Below are positions 52,920-64,000 of a stretch of 64,000 bases of DNA, piece after piece (within the stretch, counting starts at the first letter, position 1; every line of letters starts with the position of its first letter). The stretch covers positions 3,753,361-3,817,360 of the forward strand of contig CM074805.1 in NCBI GenBank assembly GCA_037447605.1, written 5' to 3'. Under the pieces are notes generated by a model, which saw only the letters and a program-made list of their open reading frames with translations, did no database searches and was not told the DNA's origin. Position numbers and translations under genes: made by a program. Source of the DNA: Zygnema circumcarinatum SAG 698-1b. Its lineage: Eukaryota > Plantae > Zygnematophyceae.

Positions 52920-53739
52920 AAACAACTAACCCTAACCCTAAAAACTCGTAGACGCAATTCTACCACGTCTGCTACGTGAAAGCATTAAACACTTATGCCA
53001 CTTCGTGAGGGAGGAAAAATTGCGCGACTGAGCGAGAGAGAGAGAGTGGGAGAAAAAGAGAGCGAGCGAGAGGACGAAAGGGAGCGAGCGAGCGAGAATA
53101 GAGAGAGTGAGAGGGAGGGAGAAGCAAGCGAGCAAGAGAGAGAGTTAGAGAGAGAGAGGGCCGAGGCAAGCAGAGGGAGAGAGTGTCTCTCTCACCGCGG
53201 AGGGAGGGAGGAGCGCCCGCCCGCCTTCCCGCCTTCCTGCCTGTCGCCGGAAAGAGTGAGAGAGAGCCCTAACGCGCTCCGCTCCGCCCCTTTGAGGCCG
53301 TCGCTGAACCCTCCCGAACTGCGGTTCCATGCGCGGAATTCCGTTCAATCGCAGGCCACGTGCAGTTCACCGTCCCGTCCGCCGAGCCGAACTGTACGGC
53401 GCCACATGGAGCCGCGTCACTGAACCCCGCCCCTCCGCGGCCGGCGCCAAAGCTCGGCCCGCCGCAGCCCGCCACGTGGCAGTCCCCGGCCTCCGTCCGC
53501 CCGCCATGCTCGCCCTCCCCTCGCTCGTGCCTCCTCTCGCTCTCTCTCCCTCTCCCTCCCCGCCCTCCGGCCCCGCTTTCTCTCCCCCTCTCTCTCTCTC
53601 TCTCTCGCCCTCTCCCTCTCCCTCTCCCTCCTGCTCGCTGCGCGGCCCTCCTCCGGTGCCGGCGGCGAGGCGGGGCGGGCGGGTGCGGGTGGTGCCGCGG
53701 GCGAGCGGCGGAGTGCGGGCGGCGATCGGACGGGGGAGG

Positions 53740-53740
<1 letters not shown>
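52920..53740. promoter_or_regulatory. Divergent (bidirectional) promoter region of RPL29 and PRMT1
   Basis: Telo-like AACCCTAACCCTAAAA (~52928), GA tract 53030-53190, GC island, G-box GCCACGTGGC (~53471) and CT tract 53530-53630, between head-to-head genes. Confidence 0.6.
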
Positions 53741-57932
<4,192 letters not shown>

Positions 57933-58750
57933 TGCAAGCATCAAGGTTTTGTTCTTCCCGAAAAAAAGTTCCTATTGTGAGGGTTGGTGGGGGGAGAAGG
58001 GGGGGGAGGAGGGGGTGTAATCCTTTATTCGAGGATGGAAGAGTCAGCAAGGTACGGGAGCCGCTTCAGCAGTTGAGCGGCTCTGTAGGAGGCGTAGGAC
58101 TTGGCCCTCGTGGCAGACACAGGTCAGCTGAGACTGCACGTAGCTGCATTTCAGTTTTAGGCCTTGCAACGGTTTTTTAGGTCCGTCTGTCCCGTATTGG
58201 CTGCAACGGACCTTGCAAGTCCCGTCTGTCCTTGCAAGGCTGCATTGGACACGCATTTAGCGTTGATGAGCGCAAGTTACCGCACTGCCTACGTATGGAA
58301 GTAGGGAGTCTTGGCTGGGCATTTTGAGAAGCAGCAACAACACAGCACGGAGGCGGGCTGTGGGGTTGGAATAGTGAGTCCCTTCAGAGGATGAGGAGCC
58401 AAGAAATGTACGCAACATTACAAAAATTCTTAATTCTTTCCTTGTTCTGGTCAGTTCCACAACACATCTGCAAATCACTATGGGTACGGCCTTCAGTTAC
58501 TTATTCCCGCCTCGGCTTTTTTTATTTTCTCAAATTGGGACTGCGTCCTTCTCACGTTACAAATCCGTTAGCCCCCAATAAAGCATAGCGTGCAGTAGCA
58601 CCCTTCAATAGGGGGTTTCAGAATTGAAAATTTTGATTTTAAAATTTGTTTTCAGAAAAGTGCTTTGGATTTCACCGCTACTACTTTCGTAGGAAACAAT
58701 GCACTCATTTCGAATTCCGAAAGTGCAAATATTTTCAAGTCTGAAACCCT

Positions 58751-61700
58751 TTAGTAGACCGGGAACGAGGGGTCAATTTCCTCTGCCCAAGCCTGCAGGC
58801 CCCCTGCTATGTCCATCACATTGCCAACTCCGGACTTCCGCAGCTTCTCCACCGCCAGCTGTGAGTCGTTGCCTCGCCGGCACACCACAAAAACGATGCA
58901 GCTCCCCAGCCCGAGCTCATCAGCTTCCTTAGAGTCCCGTGTTCCTCCCTCCGCTTTCAGATTGGGGAAGTCTCCCACTGAAGAAGTAGCAGGCGGTGCG
59001 GCCTCGTCTCCTCGCACTCCCTTTCCCTCCACAATCGCCAAAATTTCGGGTACACGAGCCTCGAGAGTTGGAAAGGGCACATTGACAGCTTCCGGCAGTG
59101 CCCCTATCTGAAATTCATGGGGAGGGCGGACATCGATGAGGACATGAGGTGTGCTTGAAGCAGCAATCCTGCGATACTCTGCCACAGAAACGGCCTGCGA
59201 AGGAGGAACTACTTGCAGCCTCGGAGGTGCCTGCACGAATGGGGAAAAGGGACGAGCGTCTGGTTGAATTCATTCACAATTCAGATAAAACCTTCGACAA
59301 TTATCCCCTCCCACAGCAGGCATTGTGACGCATAGAAAGGGGCTATGCCTGACTTTCATGCAGTCAATAACAAAACAACAATGGCATGAATGAGTCACTT
59401 ATGTATGCATCATTCTGCACAGAGCAATGAAGAATTATGGCATGCTGATGGTGGCACTACCTGGTCGTGCAGAGGCGAATGGGTGAATGCTTCGTAATCA
59501 AACTCCGGCAAAGATTGCTCTGTGATTTGAGGGTCCGCCCCGCAGCACACGCAGCTCGACAATTGACCTCGCAACTTCACCTGCCACCCACGACATCCAG
59601 ACTTAGGTTCAGGGTATCCCACAGTACTTCCTCTCTTTAACCTGCTCAGAAAAGCCATCAACCCTTGCGAGCTAGAATCTGAAGGGACAGCTAACTTCGA
59701 AACCAAAGGAAAACTTGAGTTTGACATGGGCCCATTATGGGCTTAGTGCCATGCAGGAATAAAAGATTTCAAAGCACCTATTTTCCTCTTGAAATAAGGG
59801 CAGAGTAAGGGCCGCACCAGATGAATGCGGGTCGTCAACGCATCAAAAAGCAGCATACGCCCAGAAAGGGGTTCTCCAATGTCAGCAGCGATCTTTACGG
59901 CCTCGAGGGCTTGCAGGCATCCGATCACTCCAGGCACTGCACCCGCCAAACGTGGGTACAACATAGTGGAAACCGTCAAAGGTAGCAAAATAAACATGCA
60001 TAAACAATGCACGCAACATAGATAAGACAAAAGAAGAGTTTACCTCAAGCCCAACAAGCACAGGCAGCGTAAGTCTGACATCCGCTGTGAAAGATAATGC
60101 CTCCAACGTCTATCATAATTCCAATCAGTAACACAGTCTTTATGACCCTCTATGACCTCTTTATGAGTCCTTTTTCCAGACGTTAGGGCAAGTGGAGGTT
60201 GTACCTACTCCAAGCACGCCTGCATCACTGCAGCGTTGGCATGCTGCTTGGGGCGGAGGGTGGGGAAAAAGGCAGCGGTAGCAGGGCCCCCCGCGGTGGT
60301 TGTACACGGTCAGCTGCTCCGTATCAATATCAATCCACAGCGGGCAGCTCGTTAGCAAATCGGTAATCCTTTCGTCTAAGTTCTAGCCTTGTGGGAAGGA
60401 CGAAAAGAACTCGTGGGCTTTGTCAAGAAACGTCCATGGGTCGTATTCTTGAAGCTAAACGTTTTCACAAGAGGGCAACATACAGCGATTGTGTCCTTCC
60501 ACAGTATTCACATAACAATGCGGATTTATTCTCTAGAGCATGAAATCAGATCCTACTTACGTTGAGTAAGAAAACGGCTGATGTTTCCTAAGAAGTTACT
60601 ACGGCTGTACAAAAATTTGTGTCTTTGTAGAAAGTGAAAGGTTTCGATTCTTTAAGTGGTTATAATTTGAGGTTGTTCCGGCAGGTGTGCGCATTTCACC
60701 TGTCCTTCCAGTCCCAATGCTGCTCCTGAAACAAGTGGCTGCCCTTCCTCAAGCAACCAGGAACAACACGACGGACCAGTATTCCCGTGAACATAGGGCA
60801 AGATGCGTCTATGCGCTTTAGTTATCAAAGTTTTGAAGTAGGAATGAACAAGCAAACAGCTATTGGATGATATGCAGATGATAGAGATTAATGCATAATA
60901 GTATCAGCGAGTAATGGCTCATTTGCTTTCAGTACTATGCATTTCACAAACTCCAGTGTGTAGAGCTTCTGATTTGATTTCGTCCTTCGCTGTCACTTAC
61001 AGATGTGGACGGATATCAGGAGTTGAGAGACAGCCAATTATCCAGAACGTTTAGAACACTTCAATTAAGAAATTTTAATTTCAGACGAGGCTAGTTCCTA
61101 CCAATGTTGTGGAGGCTCACCGTGCCAGTCACGACGCAGGCGTCGTTCAGCAAATAGCGCGTCGGCACATTGTCAGATGCGTCGACCACGACGGAGTATC
61201 TGCTTCTCGTTGCAGCCCCAATACAAAATAAGTCACAAGTTTCCCGGCTTCTAAGCCTTCCAGCAAACTCCGAAGAAGTAAGTTGAAAAAAGAAGAAAAG
61301 GGAAACTCACTGGCGAATAATTGAAAGCGAGTTGGCTGCAGTGATGCCATCATGGTGCTCGACCACTTCAATCCATGAGTTTAACCTGTGAACCGTCACC
61401 ACAAAACCATACTCAGTGAATGAACATATCAAAATATAGGAAGTCCGAGCTCATTGGTTGTAATTGCCAGTAATTTCCAGAAACACTATCCCTTCTCTCT
61501 CGTTTTTCCGCTCTCTCACACAAGCTAAAGAACCGTGAGAGCATGCCAGTCTGGCCCCTTTCTGCATGGCATTCTGGGAATCATGAAAAATTGAAGCCCA
61601 GTAGAACTCACTGCCTGCATGCGGCTGCAGCAGACGCTGCCTTGTGCAAGCCAATCGAGGCTTCTGTGTGAATGACCTGCAATCATTGCATTGACCTGCA

Positions 61701-63055
61701 ATCACTGAATAATACAGTTGGTCCCATTGGCTTTAAGTGAGCCTGTACTCTCTTCCCACTTCGTCACCAGGACTGCTCTCACTCTGCCACAAGCACTGCA
61801 GGGAGCCCGAAGTGAAAGGCAGTGAAACCCTCCCTCCCTCCTCCCCCACTCTCTCCCCGCCTCCCCTTCCCAAGCTCGCCCTTCGCCTACAACTTCCTGC
61901 CATTGTCCCCCTCCCTTCCTTCCCAAACACACACACGGTAGAGTTCCCAGACTCTCAATGACTTTGAGGTGCAATTAACGAATCAGACTAGGTCTTTCCA
62001 AACTAAAAATCCTCACAATATTCAGGTTATTCTTCCAATTTCATTGTCTCGGCGTATAGAATACTGCATTTGTAGCTTTGGTTAACGTAAGACATGGATG
62101 AATCATATCCGTTAAGGCGTCACTGCGGCTGCTGGGCTTCCGTTCAATTCGCTTTCAAAAGGAATTTTAATTTTCTGTCAGTGCTTCGTCGTGCTCCTAA
62201 CCTGCCGATGCAAGTTGCTCATCTCTACCACATCTCGATCTGCGATACCCAGCTTGCCTGCATGTCCAGCCAAACAACTGCGCTTTCCAATTAAATATCA
62301 AAGCATTGTGGGGAAAACGCAAGTTGTCAACGAAGAAACTGGAGAAAAAACAGCAGGATACAAATGCAATAAAACATGTACCTATTCCAGCAGCCGCAAG
62401 GTAGAGTGCTGCAGGAGCTCCAAGACCCCCTGCTCCTACGATCAGAACAGACGCTCTCTTCAAATTCTCCTGGCCTGAAACCTCCTCATCCCAAGCACTT
62501 ACAGAAGACTGTGACAGCCTCTAAATTGAGGGTTGAGGTAACGTGATCTTCACTTAATTGTGCACCAATTTATGGATTCTTCTTGACCAAAAATGTCACA
62601 AACCTGAAAATTTCACTTCCTCACAGCCTACATTGTTAATACCTTGAGGGCGAAAGCCATAGTCCCTCAGTCTTTCAAGTGCAAAGTGAAGGGGTTCCTA
62701 TGCTTGTCCTTAGAGGCAACAGAGTGACGAGCAATATAGTGAAAGATGAGATTGTACCACGTGGTCCAAAGCTTGGCAGCACCAGGTGGCGACTATATCG
62801 AGCGGCCATAGCTGCTCTGCTGTGCAGGGATGCAGAGATGCTTTCGTTGCCCTCACTGCGGCCTTCAATCCTGCTCGCTTCCTGCTTCTTGGATTCACCT
62901 GCCAATACAGCATTCTCCGCTTGAAGCTCATGAATGCGGCGCTGAAGCGCTGCCTGCTGTGATCGCAGCTTGGCGATTTCTTCTTGAGCGGCAGCTAGGG
63001 AAGGGGAATGCGTCCGATCCTCCTGCTCCGTCACTGCAGGGCTGTCAGCCAGCAT
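58751..63055 (-). CDS. MOCS3: Adenylyltransferase/sulfurtransferase MOCS3 (UBA4/CNX5): MoeB/E1-like plus rhodanese, ~11 exons
   Basis: [15 protein letters not shown]; [23 protein letters not shown]; SNLHRQ; [16 protein letters not shown]; [13 protein letters not shown]; GPCYRCLFP; [13 protein letters not shown]; rhodanese [26 protein letters not shown]. Confidence 0.96.
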
Positions 63056-63285
63056 GGCTGAAGCAGGGCCGAAGCGAAGACTGCTTTGAGAAGCAGATTG
63101 AAGAGCGGTCGTGTTTGCAAGTGCAATCTCGGAATTCGGGTATTCTGTATTTTGTCCGTTCGACTGGCAAAATTGATTGTTATCAAAGCAGAATTACAAG
63201 TTTCGCTTGCGCTGAGATCATGCCCTTGGAGAGAGGAAGGGAAGGCGGAGAAAAGAAAGCGCAGAGCAACCGAGCTGTCAATGCA

Positions 63286-63333
63286 TCGAGCAGAGGATAA
63301 AATGCCTCGAGCAGAGGATAAAATGCCTCGAGC
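63286..63333 (+). repeat. 21-bp tandem duplication upstream of MOCS3
   Basis: TCGAGCAGAGGATAAAATGCC twice, then TCGAGC. Confidence 0.9.
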
Positions 63334-64000
63334 GACACCAAACACGCTTGCTGCGTGCCTTTTCCGGAGGATGCCGCTGCGGGGACGGCCATGCAGCAGC
63401 CTCGCGTTCCTAGCCACCTCGCGTGCACTTCCAGCTTCTCTCACTTCTCTATCGTTCTATACTCTTCAGAAGGAAAAGGAAGTGGCATTGATCCCACTTC
63501 ACGATGTACATGAACAAAATCAGCATGTGGAATTCAAGGCTGCATGGAGTGATTCTGAGCTTCAATCGCCTTCGCCAACTCCTGTCCTGTGCATGTTCCG
63601 ACGCTGGCAAGACAAATTAATTTCTTCCATTTTTATTACTTCCGGGCCTTTTCTCACACACACCTTTGCATTTGCCTACACTCAAAATTTGTTCTGTGCT
63701 GACCTATAAACCATGTTAGAGGACGCCAACTCAACAACAATATTGTGAGCTTGTTGCATTCTAACCAATCTGCGAGTGCATTTCGTAACTTCGCAAACAA
63801 CGTTGAAGTACATCGTTCAGTTTCTGTTTTCTAACGAGACTGCAATACCCTCCAGAGGTGGCATGGCTGCTCCAGGTTCAAAGGAACAGTTCTTTGCGCA
63901 TTCGAACATTTGTTGACTAACAACCCTACGTGTCTCAATTTCAAGTTCCGTGTCTAGCCGAATCTCCCCGCTGCTGCTTTCATAGCCATAGACTCATAAT

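Overview
Intron-rich eukaryotic nuclear DNA from a green plant lineage. Gene content, GC-rich microsatellite-laden promoters and protein style suggest a streptophyte alga (inference). In order, the window holds: the 3' end of a degenerate Ty3/Gypsy chromovirus; tRNA-Gly(GCC); an NAA60/MCC1-like acetyltransferase; a 16-exon LRR receptor kinase; an intronless orphan ORF; fimbrin, head-to-head with tRNA-Gly(CCC); a cationic amino-acid transporter; UBL5/Hub1; a 9-exon gene fusing a prokaryotic-type BtuF/cobalamin-binding domain to an asparagine-synthetase-like PP-loop domain and a Zn ribbon; RPL29 head-to-head with PRMT1; and MOCS3/UBA4. The most notable points are the BtuF-Asn-synthetase-like fusion with altered catalytic motifs, a U12-type AT-AC intron in the RLK kinase domain, a tRNA-Gly(GCC) with an atypical U2:A71 acceptor pair, and a dispersed ~45-100 bp inverted-repeat family. 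Exon coordinates were read by hand and may be off by a few bases.
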